A model generated the notes under the pieces. It was given only the letters and a program-made list of their open reading frames with translations. It did no database searches and was not told the DNA's origin. A stretch of 64,000 bases of DNA from Macrostomum lignano. Taxonomy: Eukaryota. Below are positions 26,201-36,080 of this stretch, one piece after another. The position numbers and the translations under genes were made by a program. The stretch covers positions 45,489 through 109,488 of the forward strand of contig NIVC01003072.1 in NCBI GenBank assembly GCA_002269645.1, written 5' to 3'. Within the stretch, counting starts at the first letter, position 1, and each line of letters starts with the position of its first letter.

Positions 26201-29093
26201 AATCTGTGCCTGCAGCAGGGCCTGGTTGTCCATCACTTTTTGGCCAAACGACAAGCGGTTGATTCTGGCCGCCGTGGCCTGGGCCGCCTGACTGGCAGCG
26301 TCGGCCAGCTGGTAGTCGGCGTTGTTGAGCCTGGCTTCCATCAGCCTGACGCTGGCGCGGTAGGTTGGCAGCAGGGCTTCCACGCAGTCGCCGCCGAACC
26401 TTTTCAAGGAGATTAGTGAGAGTTATATACAGTCGCTTGTGTCACAGAGACTATGGTGGCTTTGTGTGTCACATGGATGTAATAAAATGGCAACATGGCC
26501 ATACATGTGCAACACCCTGGCGAGGGGCTTAGCCAAGGTAAGTCACAAAAATGCCAACCCAAAAATAGACATAGCACTAATTAGGTACTGAGACATTTAG
26601 CCTTAAAAATCAAGTCATAGTTACTCCTGCCGTTTACCCAAAATTTTGTTAATTTTAGCACAAAAGCCCCAAATGAATGTCACCGTCAGTCATAGTCATC
26701 GGATGTTGTGATGGAATTATTTTATCACTAGATCGCCGAGCGTTACACTAACAACGTGTGAAACAAGTTTTACTTCAGACAGCTCAGATACTTAAGCAGC
26801 CTCACCTATTCAGATAGTCGCACAAAGACCCGGCAACTGTCTCGCACTCTCTAAACAGATTGACTCCGGCCAGAAAGTCGAACAGTCGGCCGGCCAAATT
26901 TGCCAGCTTAGTAGCCGCGTACCGCGACCATCCACCGTCGGTGAAAAGTCGTCGACCGTCCGGCCCGGTAGATAAGTTAGCAAACGCGGTTGCTATGGCG
27001 TTGCCAAGGCTAGGCGCATCGGCTAGTAAGTATTTATAAGCCAGATGACGCTTGCGAATGTCGCACAGCAGACGGTGCAGCGGCGAAATGAAGCAGACCA
27101 GCATGAGTCGTTCGGGATTGGCCGAACCGGCGGCTTGCAAGGCGAACTCGTCGGCGGTTCGCAGTCGCGACAGGCATCGACGCTCGTGCTTGGCCGCGGA
27201 GCGACCGCTGCCGCCGTTAGCTGTCCAGGCTTCGTAAGTTCGAGCCAGGTGCTCGGGCAAGTCCTCCGGTAGGCGACTCAATCGAATAGACGGATTGGCT
27301 TCGAGCTGACTCAGTCTGGACTTGGCCGCCGAGCGTAGCGCCTTCCAACGCTGACGATGCTCTGCAGACGTCGGATCGTCTTCTTGAGGTTGAATCGGCG
27401 GCAGCGGCGGCTGCTGCTGCTGCTGCTCAGAGTGTTGCATTGAGTCTGTGGAACTCGATTTCAGATTGGCTAGATTTGTGCTGTCTAGAAAGTCAACCAG
27501 GATTTGATGATTCCGAGCGGTGGTGGCGTCGACGGTGGATGTTGCCGATAGAGACGTCCTGGGTAGGTGACGGGACTTTGCTTCTAGATCGCTTGCTCTA
27601 GAGGTTCCTCTGGTGTGGATTAGATCTAGAGGGCGATTCTCTGGTGCAGATTAGATCTAGAGGGCGATTCTCTGGTGCAGATTAGATCTAGAGGGCGATT
27701 CTCTGGTGCAGATTAAATGTAGAGGGCGATTCTCTGGTGCAGATTAAATGTAGAGGGCCATTCTCTGGTGTAGATTAGATCTAGAGGGCCATTCTCTGGT
27801 GTAGATTAGATCTAGAGGGCCATTCTCTGGTCCAGATTAGATCTAGGGGGCTGGTTTTCAGAATAGAGATTCGAGGGCGATTCTCAGAACAGAGATTTGA
27901 GGGCGATTCTCAGAACAGAGATTTGAGGGCGATTCTCAGAATAGAGATTCGAGGGCGATTCTCAGAATAGAGATTCGAGGGCGATTCTCAGAATAGAGAT
28001 TCGAGGGCGATTCTCAGAATAGAGATTCGAGGGCGATTCTCAGAATAGAGATTTGAGGGCGATTCTCAGAATAGAGATTCGAAGAACAGAAGGGCGTTCA
28101 TTCGGCAATACTTGCAGCTCACATTCCCACCTGAACTTGTTGTACCACTGGGTGCTGGGATCCTTGCTGGGCAGCATGTCAAGCAGCATTCGCGTCTTCT
28201 CAGACCTGTTGGCACCGCGGGACACGAAGCGAACATCGGTGTCGCTGAGAATACCTTCACGTCTCAGGTAATCAACCACGGGATCTACATTGAGCTGCTG
28301 TACAAGGCAGACTCGATTGACGCGAAGTCGAAGAACATTTTGGGCCTCTCGTTGGCTCACTGAGCTGACGCGGTCTTGCACAGATCTTGATTTGGGTTTT
28401 GAATGCAAAAATAGCTTTTTTTCAAAGACTTCTTTCATTTTAATTTTGATAGCCATGCAAAGCAAAATGTCTAACTTTTAATTTAGTTTTCTATGCTAAA
28501 TCATAATTAGAAAATTAGCTTTAAGTGCATAATTTAAGAGGAAAAGTTAGAATTGATTTTCAGTAATTTTTATTCCTAAGAAGGTATGGCAGTTATTGAT
28601 AAATAGCATAACAACCTAAAGCAAAGATATTAAACAAAATGCTATAAAAGCATTATTGCAATTATTAAAGCTATTACTGATAAAATAAAAAATCGATATA
28701 CTATATATATTACCTAGTGACAATTAATATACAATTATATTTTAAACCAGTTGACCAAAAGTAATATTAATAAGGTTTTTTGTTTAGCACATGCCATATG
28801 AATTCTGATGTTCTGCACTTAATGACTAGACAATGTTAGTAATGTAAATTCTTCTTAAATGATGTACGAGCCTTTTAAAAGCAACAGTCGACAAATAAAC
28901 AAAACATATGTCTAAAAATTAGATGTTTAGTAGAGAGGTAAAATTGATCGCATACCTAGATAGATACCTACCGACAAACCATTTTTATTATATGGAGTAC
29001 ACGAATATCTTAAAATGAAAAACATTGAAGATTAGATTACCTCGAAGAAGCGTTACCAACTTTCTCTTGCAAAGTTGGAAAATTTCTGCTCAT
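15751..29093 (-). CDS. Predicted ~1800-aa CARD - APPBP2-like (BC/cullin box + TPR) - 4x Rab GTPase protein; exons 29093-29041, 28385-28131, 27558-26806, 26399-26135, 25767-25643, 25568-25463, 24485-23956, 23382-22975, 22619-22522, 22425-22245, 21997-21677, 21084-20975, 20894-20714, 20369-20043, 19788-19625, 18875-18695, 17990-17434, 17247-17073, 16363-15751
   Basis: All 18 introns are GT-AG with matching phases. Summed exon length is 5403 nt (1801 codons including the stop) with no internal stop. The junctions rebuild conserved motifs, for example QRLIK|[19 protein letters not shown]|[18 protein letters not shown]|[12 protein letters not shown] and WDTAGQER|FR. The first exon and start codon are less certain. 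Confidence 0.85.
16394..17030 (+). repeat. 18-bp minisatellite (cacccacctcactccctg), intron within Rab domain IV
   Basis: Tandem units with the same CACCCACCTCACTCC core as 240-722. Confidence 0.93.
17434..18875 (-). CDS. Rab GTPase domain III plus linker (exons 18875-18695, 17990-17434)
   Basis: [38 protein letters not shown]. Confidence 0.93.
18040..18200 (+). repeat. 14-bp minisatellite (tgttatgatccagg)
   Basis: Tandem units; a further unit resumes after the MITE at about 18550. Confidence 0.85.
18260..18527. mobile_element. hAT-type MITE (copy A)
   Basis: Ends CATAAATGGGCAAC / GTTGCGCATGTATG; perfect 8-bp TSD GCCTAGAT (18252-18259, 18528-18535); interior shared with 21090-21387. Confidence 0.9.
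18920..19580 (+). repeat. ~16-bp minisatellite (cacccacctcactccg)
   Basis: Tandem units; explains ORF 18900-19661. Confidence 0.92.
20043..20894 (-). CDS. Rab GTPase domain II (exons 20894-20714, 20369-20043)
   Basis: [38 protein letters not shown]. Confidence 0.93.
20420..20670 (+). repeat. 22-bp minisatellite (tctaacaggtgtgaggcctctg)
   Basis: Tandem units. Confidence 0.9.
21090..21387. mobile_element. hAT-type MITE (copy B) inserted at a splice acceptor
   Basis: 14-bp TIR CATACATGTGCAAC / GTTGCGCATGTATG; perfect 8-bp TSD AATCTGTG (21082-21089, 21388-21395). Confidence 0.93.
21430..21630 (+). repeat. 21-bp minisatellite (gcgagactagcgtgttgctat)
   Basis: Tandem units. Confidence 0.92.
21677..22425 (-). 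CDS. Rab GTPase domain I (exons 22425-22245, 21997-21677)
   Basis: [38 protein letters not shown]. Confidence 0.93.
22015..22220 (+). repeat. Degenerate ~44-bp tandem repeat (acaagtgtacattagggggtagagattgaatggg...)
   Basis: About 4 diverged units in the intron of Rab domain I. Confidence 0.75.
22665..22885 (+). repeat. 21-bp minisatellite (gacacgttcttaaccgaacca)
   Basis: Tandem units. Confidence 0.93.
22975..27400 (-). CDS. APPBP2/PAT1-like region (BC box, LPxxL cullin box, TPR solenoid) of the fusion gene
   Basis: Motif-level collinearity with APPBP2 as recalled: [16 protein letters not shown] vs TLYNTAISAV..SLPENI; [11 protein letters not shown] vs KVLRALDKRHL; [10 protein letters not shown] vs NKAALYGELC; [20 protein letters not shown] vs KAEQLIKHAV..KHPKYSDTLL. 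No alignment tool was run. Confidence 0.75.
23470..23935 (+). repeat. 16-bp minisatellite (aaaatctcacagactc)
   Basis: Tandem units. Confidence 0.9.
26500..26680. mobile_element. Truncated, oppositely oriented copy (C) of the hAT MITE family
   Basis: Starts with CATACATGTGCAAC. Contains gttactcctgccgtttacccaaaa, the reverse complement of the internal core of copies A and B. The second end was not found. Confidence 0.8.
27620..28080 (+). repeat. Compound minisatellite: a 31-bp unit (27620-27840) followed by a 26-bp unit (27860-28080), sharing the core gagggcgattctc
   Basis: Tandem units seen directly. Confidence 0.9.
28131..28385 (-). CDS. CARD (death-fold) domain exon of the fusion gene; the last helix continues in exon 27558-26806
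   Basis: [52 protein letters not shown] followed by [10 protein letters not shown] fits the CARD six-helix pattern (LxxxLxVxxVxDYLxxxGILS..R.EK.R.LLD.L). Confidence 0.8.
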
Positions 29094-29493
29094 TTCCTCT
29101 TAAAAAGTATCTAGTAGTCTTATTTTTAAACACACGCAAAGTATCCAAAATTGCTAGACTACCTTACAGTCCGTGAGCTATAGATCATTCTTGGGTCTTA
29201 TTAAACTTGAAATCGTTACCCCAAACAAAAAAATACTTACATAAATTTGTTCTATTTTCAATCTGTTATATCAAAAAACTTTTTATTTATTTGATACTTG
29301 CGCTATTACTATAGAATTAAGGGCGAAGTAATTTTGTTCAGAAGATTTTGTTTTACTTGTTGTAGCTAATAGTGTCGCTCCTATTCAGTTTAAAATTTGA
29401 ATATGTTTTCGGCTATATACAAAATCAAATCATCGGTTTGATCTATACCAGCGTCTTTGTATTTTCCTACTGACAAGAGAAGCAAAGCTCCTA
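29094..29493. promoter_or_regulatory. Putative bidirectional promoter / 5' UTR region between divergent start codons
   Basis: 400 bp between the ATG at 29093 (-) and the ATG at 29494 (+). Called on position only; no motif was identified. Confidence 0.45.
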
Positions 29494-30397
29494 ATGGAAG
29501 AAGAGCAAAGCGATTTTGTTATTCCCGTAAAGACGGATACTGACGAATTCGTCTTGCGAGGTCGCCCTTGCGAGCTTTCCTCATTTTCTTTTGTCCCTCC
29601 AGAGCGCCATGCACCGAGGGAACGTACATATTTCAACGTAGATAAAAATTTAAGATTTTGCCACTAGTATGAAAGTAGCTTCCAGACCATATATAAGCAT
29701 TTTACATGCCCAGCTGTCCTAAAGTAATACTGGCTTAAACCCTCTAAAGTTAGAACAGACAAAATAATATAGAGTTGGTAATTTTTTTGTCAGTTTTAAG
29801 TGCTTTAATTTTATTTTAAAACCCACGAGACTTTGAAAATAGATTATATATAAATAAAGGAAAGGCGAAATTGAAGACTACAACTACCTTAGATGCAGCG
29901 CAGTATACAGTAAAAATAGATTAAAATTTCAATACATTTCCTCTCTCACCCTAGCTATTGCCTTTACCGCCCATCCCACAGGAACGCTACTCGGCCTATG
30001 GCTACGATAGGATTTTTCACCAGGAGCGCGATTTCAATGCCAAGCTGCACAGAGACGACAGGGAGCATGCAAAGTCTCAAGGCCTCCAAGTGCATCAGGA
30101 GGTAATTTAAATGTTTTGTAACGGCTAGTAGTGAACTTTATAAGTTCAAAACATTTACACTGCAAATAATTACATTTTAACGGCTTGGTACGTTGATGAT
30201 CCGTTTTAACACGGTTCCTGGATATAACGATATTTCCAGGAAATTTCAAAGCCGGTACCGACTCTCTACTCGTCTGTGTACGGCAAGCGGCTATCGAATC
30301 AGCTGGACCCCCGGATCGGGCGCATTGCCGCATCGGCATCGTTCAGTCCGAGTTCTACAGGCGAAACGGCACAGAGATCAATGGGCACAAGGCGTAG
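29494..30397 (+). CDS. CFAP90: CFAP90/C5orf49-like ciliary protein; exons 29494-29637, 29982-30101, 30240-30397 (apparent 1-nt deletion at 30308-30312)
   Basis: SSFSFVPPERHAPRERTYF / FNAKLHRDDREHAKSQGLQV / PVPTLYSSVYGKR / VQSEFYRRN match recalled C5orf49 motifs (SAFSYIPP, KLHRDDREHAKSLGLHV, SSVYGKR, QADFYRKN). The gene is not in the ORF track, and the first donor (GTAGAT) is weak. Confidence 0.85.
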
Positions 30398-32034
30398 ATT
30401 AAGGTTCAAACGCTCAACTATATTTATTAATTAATAATTACAGCAACGAAATTTTCTCTTTCCTTAATTCTATTCTTGTTATAATAAGCCAACAGTTTAT
30501 TGTTTAATTATATTGCTAAATAATGTTTGATAGAGTTCATGGCGTGTTCCCGTATGGAACTGGATTTGAACTGTTCTAATATGCGAAATAAACAAATACA
30601 TGTCCACGTATCTTTGTTCTTTTGCATTCCTAATGAGATGAGTTCAACTTTTATTGTCTTCATTATTTAGTTTAACGTACATCTGTACATGTACAGAACG
30701 AAAAGGACGAAATCCAGCATTCTGATGCCGTAGTTTTTTTATCTTGTTAGCTGCCCGCTGAGTTGCAGATGGCCCGTCGCTGGAGGTCACCCCCACTTTC
30801 CTTTTCTTCACAGGACGGCTCTTTCAGTTCAGTGTTGTCACTCTGAGTGCCAATACTGAGAAATCCCCCAGCCGGTTCGTCTTGGTCACGCACTGCCGCC
30901 GTGCTCGCTCGGACAAAATCTGCTTCCATCGCTGCATCTTGATGAAGGCATATTCTGATTGCCGCAGTGAAGTCTCATTGTCTGCAAGTTAAAAATATTG
31001 TGTTCTGAATTCCTGGGATTGTAACTCCAACTGTGCCCCCCAAGCGCCAACCTAAAGGGTGAAATGGATCTTTTTGGCGCCGAGTGCCATTTTTTATGCC
31101 CTGTTGGATCTTTCAAGAGGAGTAGAATAATGAGGGGTAATATATAGGGTGACACACAACAGAGGGTCGCGTCTCGGTGGGGGTGGGTGGAGCGAGCCAA
31201 TCAAATGTGATTCCCGCGGGAATGACCCGTGGGAATCCCGCGGGAAATCAGTTCCTAATTCCCGTGGCCATGACTGTACACTGTAAATCGTAAAAATAAC
31301 AGCGATTATTGATAAGAGTATCAATAATTCCTATACAGTATTCGCCCACTATAAGCAAAATTCTCGTTGTATTTATATTAAGTTATAATTTAAATCCATC
31401 ATATATATTAATGGACAACTGAAGTATTAAAAATAATTTTACGTTTGCAAACAAAAGATAAGATTTTTTTGTTAATTTAATACAAACGTAAGAGAACATA
31501 TTGATTTTCAAGTCCCAAAAATTGTTTATTAAGAATGAAAAACCCAAGTAGGGTCTGTATACTTATACGGCCAGTTTATGCCTGTAAATATGCAGGATGC
31601 AGAAGCAGATTTTACCAAAAACCACAGAAGCAAACACAATAGAAAAAACAATTCAACCAAAAAATATTGATTAATAGAACAATACCGATTGCCACAGTTT
31701 CAGTGAGTATTAATCTCACGTTTTTAGCAGCTTAGATACGCTTTGTGCAATTCATTGCAGCAAAAAGCCAAATAGTTACCAATGTACGATATTGCAATTG
31801 ATCATTTATCCAAACGTGAAACAGAAAAATAAAATTAATAATAGAATTTCAAGATCACTCAGGCTGGAATTGATGATCAGAAATAGATTATTTTTGAATG
31901 GGACAAACAGAACAGTTTATTATCAACAAAAGGCGTTCGTTTCAACTTGAGTAGGGCTGAGAGTGGCTTCCGTTACAAACAAGAGAAATGAGAGCTTTGA
32001 GAAATGAGAAATGAGATGCAGAACCTCAGGAGAG

Positions 32035-32360
32035 AGTGAGATAGGGAGATACTCGTAGTGAGTTGGGAAGATAGTGAGATGGGGAGATAGTGAGATGGGG
32101 AGATAGTGAGTTGGGGAGATGGGGAGATGGGGAGAGAGTGAGATGGGGAGAGAGTGAGATGGGGAGATAGAGATAGTGAGTTGGGGAGATGGGAAGATAG
32201 TGAGATGGGGAAAGAGTGAGATGGGGAGAGAGTGAGATGGGAAGATAGTGAGATGGGGAGATAGTGAGATGGGGAGATAGTGAGACGGGGAGAGAGTGAG
32301 ATGGGGAGAAGATGGGGAGAGAGTGAGATGGGGAGAGAGTGAGACGGGGAGAGAGTGAGA
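32035..32360 (+). repeat. 16-bp purine-rich minisatellite (gagatggggagatagt)
   Basis: Tandem units; explains ORFs 31923-32412. Confidence 0.9.
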
Positions 32361-32440
32361 TTGGAAAAGGTTTAGGAGAAGCTGGCTGGCCAAAAACGAG
32401 TCGGCTGCTCAAAGCTCCGATATGTAGAATCCCCTTGGTC

Positions 32441-32941
32441 TCAACGGAAGATCCTCATGCTGGCCGCCAGGCTGCTGAACTCCTCAAAGCTGATCTGACC
32501 GTCTCCGTCGGTGTCAGCGGCCGCCATCATCTGGTCGAGGTCGTGCTCGCTCAGGCCCTCCTCTAACAGGTCGTTCATCACGTGAGCCAGCTCAGCCCTG
32601 GAGATGAAGCCGTCCTTGTTTCTGTCCAGCAGCTCAAAAATTCGCTTCCTCTCGTCGACATCTTCATCTGTCGATGCCGATGTCGACTTGCCGTTGGCTT
32701 TCTCGGCGAAGGCGTCCATCATGGCTACGAACTCGGAGAATTCCAACCGGCCGTTGGAGTTCTTGTCGAACTCGCGGATTAGCGAGTCGGCCTCAGCTCG
32801 GGTCAGGGCCTGCCCGGCAGACCGCATCAGCCTGACGAGTTCGCGAGCCTCAATCGCTCCGCTGCCATCGACATCGAATTTGTCGAACACTTCGCGTAGA
32901 ATCTCCTGACTGACGGCCCCAGTGCCGCTCTGGTTGGACAT
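32441..32941 (-). CDS. Calmodulin-like protein, 4 EF-hands, intronless CDS (166 aa)
   Basis: Loops DVDGSGAIEARE, DKNSNGRLEFSE, DRNKDGFISRAE, DTDGDGQISFEE. Confidence 0.95.
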   Translation of the reverse strand: MSNQSGTGAVSQEILREVFDKFDVDGSGAIEARELVRLMRSAGQALTRAEADSLIREFDKNSNGRLEFSEFVAMMDAFAEKANGKSTSASTDEDVDERKRIFELLDRNKDGFISRAELAHVMNDLLEEGLSEHDLDQMMAAADTDGDGQISFEEFSSLAASMRIFR

Positions 32942-33336
32942 TTCACAGCAGTGGCTGTCTGTCGATTTTTGTATTGCAGCGCCTTATCCGGCCGACTGGG
33001 AATGCAAATTGACGAGCAATTCTGCTGCCGCTCTGAAATATGCTGAGTGGAAGGCAGCTCTTGGCAGTGTTTTGAGCGCCGTGTTGGGGTTGGCCTGCAG
33101 CCAATGCTGCTTCTCAGCTCTGCGAGATGCGTTTGCCTCACCTCTCTGCAGCCTGTGACTGGTACACGCCTCTGCTACTCCTCCTGCATGCAGCTTCCAA
33201 CTCGTCTCCGTCTGTTTCTCCCTCCCCTTGCAGCTGTTGCTCCCGCGGTAGCCTGTGACAGCTCTTCCCGCTGCCTGCCTGAGCCCTGCTTGACAGCCGC
33301 ATTGTTGCTGGGGGGAGTTGGGGACTGCGAAGTACG

Positions 33337-33380
<44 letters not shown>
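33337..33380 (+). repeat. (CTAT)n microsatellite
   Basis: Seen directly. Confidence 0.95.
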
Positions 33381-35128
33381 AAAATATTTAATGAAGAAAT
33401 CCATCTATTGTTTCATTGTTTAATAAAACATCCATCCAAGATTGCGCAAGAATATTTAAGAGTAATGTATCTGATTTTCCTAATTAATGTAAATTTTCAG
33501 GTATTCCTAATCTCGTAACTATTTTAGCTTTTGAGATGAGTCTAAATTTATTTACTGCACGTTCTACTGTTAGTAGACGCTGGTAAATGAGGTTTGAGTC
33601 TCGCTCCACGAATCTTGGTTGAATTCCGTGTGCGGAATTTGAAATATTCAAATTCCAAGTGTGATCCTGTAGCACAAGCAGACACAGCTGTCACCCCAGC
33701 CCCGCAATCCCCTCCACCCCCCTGTTTCCTCGGCTCTGCACTGAGCTGGGATATTCGTCTGAGTACCTGACAGCAGCTCCGATCCTTCCCAAACTCAACA
33801 GCCAGTTCAAGGAGATCCAAAATCAGAATTAGGAGTGCCAAATTTTCCACTAAATGATCATAATTTCTTACACCCCAATGTGGCTATACAACCGATGCAT
33901 CGGTCTCGCTGAGTCTCTTGGCTTCCTATATAAACCTCAACGCCAATTTGTCTATGACAAAACTATTCTTGGATAGGGGTGTTCGGGTCGGCCATTTTTT
34001 CGGGGTTCGGGGTTTACCGGTACCCCTACCCCGAACCCCGAACCCCGTCCCGAACATTTCTTCCAACCCCGAACCCCGAACCAGGTACCAAAATCCGACC
34101 CGACCCCGAACGTAACCCCGAACATTTTCACGCTTATTTTGGTCAATCATTTTAATAAATTAATACACGTTTTTCACCGATAAAGGTACAATATTCATTT
34201 GTACTTCACTTCAATTGTAAGCCTTTTGGGCGCGACGTTAGCTCATGAATGACTTGGGACAAACACAGGTTTATATTTGTTGTATAGGTGTAAATGGTAT
34301 ACTTCTTGCAATGGGATTGGGATTGAGATGGAAGGAATACCAAGACCCAAGATCTAATAGTAAGATACATGAAAGTTCACAACTAAAATCAGGACCATTT
34401 CGTACCTATACTTACAACGAAATTGCTTTCAAAGTAATATTACATCTATGAGTTTATTTAAGCTGCAAAAATAGAGTACAATAAAATTAGATTATACCCT
34501 GTAGTGTAGTGTAGATATCAGTAGAGATAGAACTAGAGCGATAAAGAGATAGCACAGATAAAACAATGATACAATGAAACAGGAGAGTTAATCACAAATA
34601 TATATTTATTTTTACTTTTGACTACAGTTAACAGTAAGTCAGTAGTGGTATAACAGAATTGCTATGTAAAAACAAAAGTGACGTCTTTACATAAAATTGT
34701 ATGCTGATATGAGTAGGTAATCATTGTGATAATTGATTATTGGCGACTGATGCGTGGAGAATAATAGTGTATTTATAAATTTTAAGCTTCCTCATCCAAT
34801 CCAGAAGTTCAGACCATGTTACACGTAGCATGACCGGATTTTCAGTTCTCGGTTCAGTTCCGAAATTTAAATTAATTCACTCCGGATTGCCTCTAAATAG
34901 TTAGTGTATAAACAAAGTAAAAACATTTCTGCTCCAATTGCACTTAAACAGCAAATAAAAAAGCATTGCCATTGCAATAAATATTTAAATAATATTATTT
35001 TTTGATGATAGTTTTACATTTTATTGTAATTTTTTCGTCAGTCATTTTAGCGCGCATATGAAACTTATGCATACGAAATTCAAAAGCACATTGCTTTCGA
35101 ATTGCTTGGAGAATGCCTAAGGCAAAGG

Positions 35129-35308
35129 CAGTGGCGCAACCAGGTGGGGGGCGGGGGCGGTCGCCACCCTCTTATAGGCGCGGAGACCCAAAAAATCAAA
35201 GAATCAGAGGGGGGACCAAGCGAATTTTCGCCAAAACAGAGCCACCCCTCTCCCGGGACTTTACCCTCCAAAATCCGCCCCCTCATAAAATTTCTGGTTG
35301 CACTACTG
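35129..35308. mobile_element. 180-bp MITE nested in the hAT element
   Basis: Imperfect TIR CAGTGGCGCAACCAG / CTGGTTGCACTACTG (13 of 15 match); no clear TSD. Confidence 0.6.
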
Positions 35309-35724
35309 AACGAAAGTTTCCTTACACACCCTCTCTTCAATATAAATTTATAATTATATTATATTTCAATATAAAATTATAATATTTTACATATTATAAT
35401 TTTAATTTTAATTTTAATTTTAATTACATGTATATATAATTATATAATTAAAAAAGATATTTAATTTATCTGCACTTTCTTTGAAAATTTAATCTCATAA
35501 GAATAAAATATAAGCATAAAAGTCATGCTCAAATGTCTTTTGCTGAGCAAAACTGTCACTCTATAATGATGGTATTAAATATTTACGCGTAGATGAACTT
35601 TGTTTTAGTTTTTAGTTACTCTTAAGACTAGAAAAAAATTACCTGGGACTATATGAAGTATAACTTGTTTTAACTAATTGTTTTACTTAAATGAATAAAA
35701 AATATATACACTGTAAAAGTTAGC

Positions 35725-36080
35725 TCATAACAGCAACAACTTAACAACAAATTATGCAGCTAGCAATCAAAGTCACAGAGCAGGGTGCTTCAGATGGCGC
35801 GCCGCAGAGCCTGAGAGCGGACGAAGTCCGCCCCGTTGGCAGTGTCGGGCGCCCTGGCGTCGCGTACGTAGGAGGCAGTCCACGTATCGACGGGTTTGGG
35901 CCTGACCCCGCCTGAGCAGGCCCTGCAGAGTGAGCAACAGGACGTCCTGAACAGGTTTTGGCGTGTTGACAACCAGTCCGACGCTCAATGCCACCTTGAC
36001 CAACCTGTCGATCTGGCGGGATGCCACCTTGAACGGACGAGGACAGGAGGGCGAGTTCGTCGGCGTAGCCAAGCAAATAA
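35725..36080 (-). mobile_element. Internally deleted non-LTR retrotransposon (LINE) fragment
   Basis: LGYADELALLSSSV..RQIDRLVKVALSVGLVVNTPK (RT core, frameshifted) is joined to PVQDVLLLTLQ..RRGQAQTRRYVDCLL, the C-terminus also seen at 50014-50458. A decayed TTG tail is present. Confidence 0.85.

Noticed and set aside
8892-29093. Functional link between the neighbouring beta-TrCP (SCF receptor) and the APPBP2-like fusion (CRL2-type receptor)
   Set aside because: They are convergent, more than 3 kb apart and show no shared regulatory evidence; adjacency alone is weak evidence in animal genomes.
30747-30985. GC-richer minus-strand segment with an acceptor-like TTGCAG and short ORFs
   Set aside because: It could be a terminal exon, but no frame gave a recognisable product and no partner exon was found.
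31205-31262. Repeated palindromic TTCCCGCGGGAA motifs (E2F/STAT-like)
   Set aside because: Too short to assign; not at a demonstrated promoter and may be part of a repeat.
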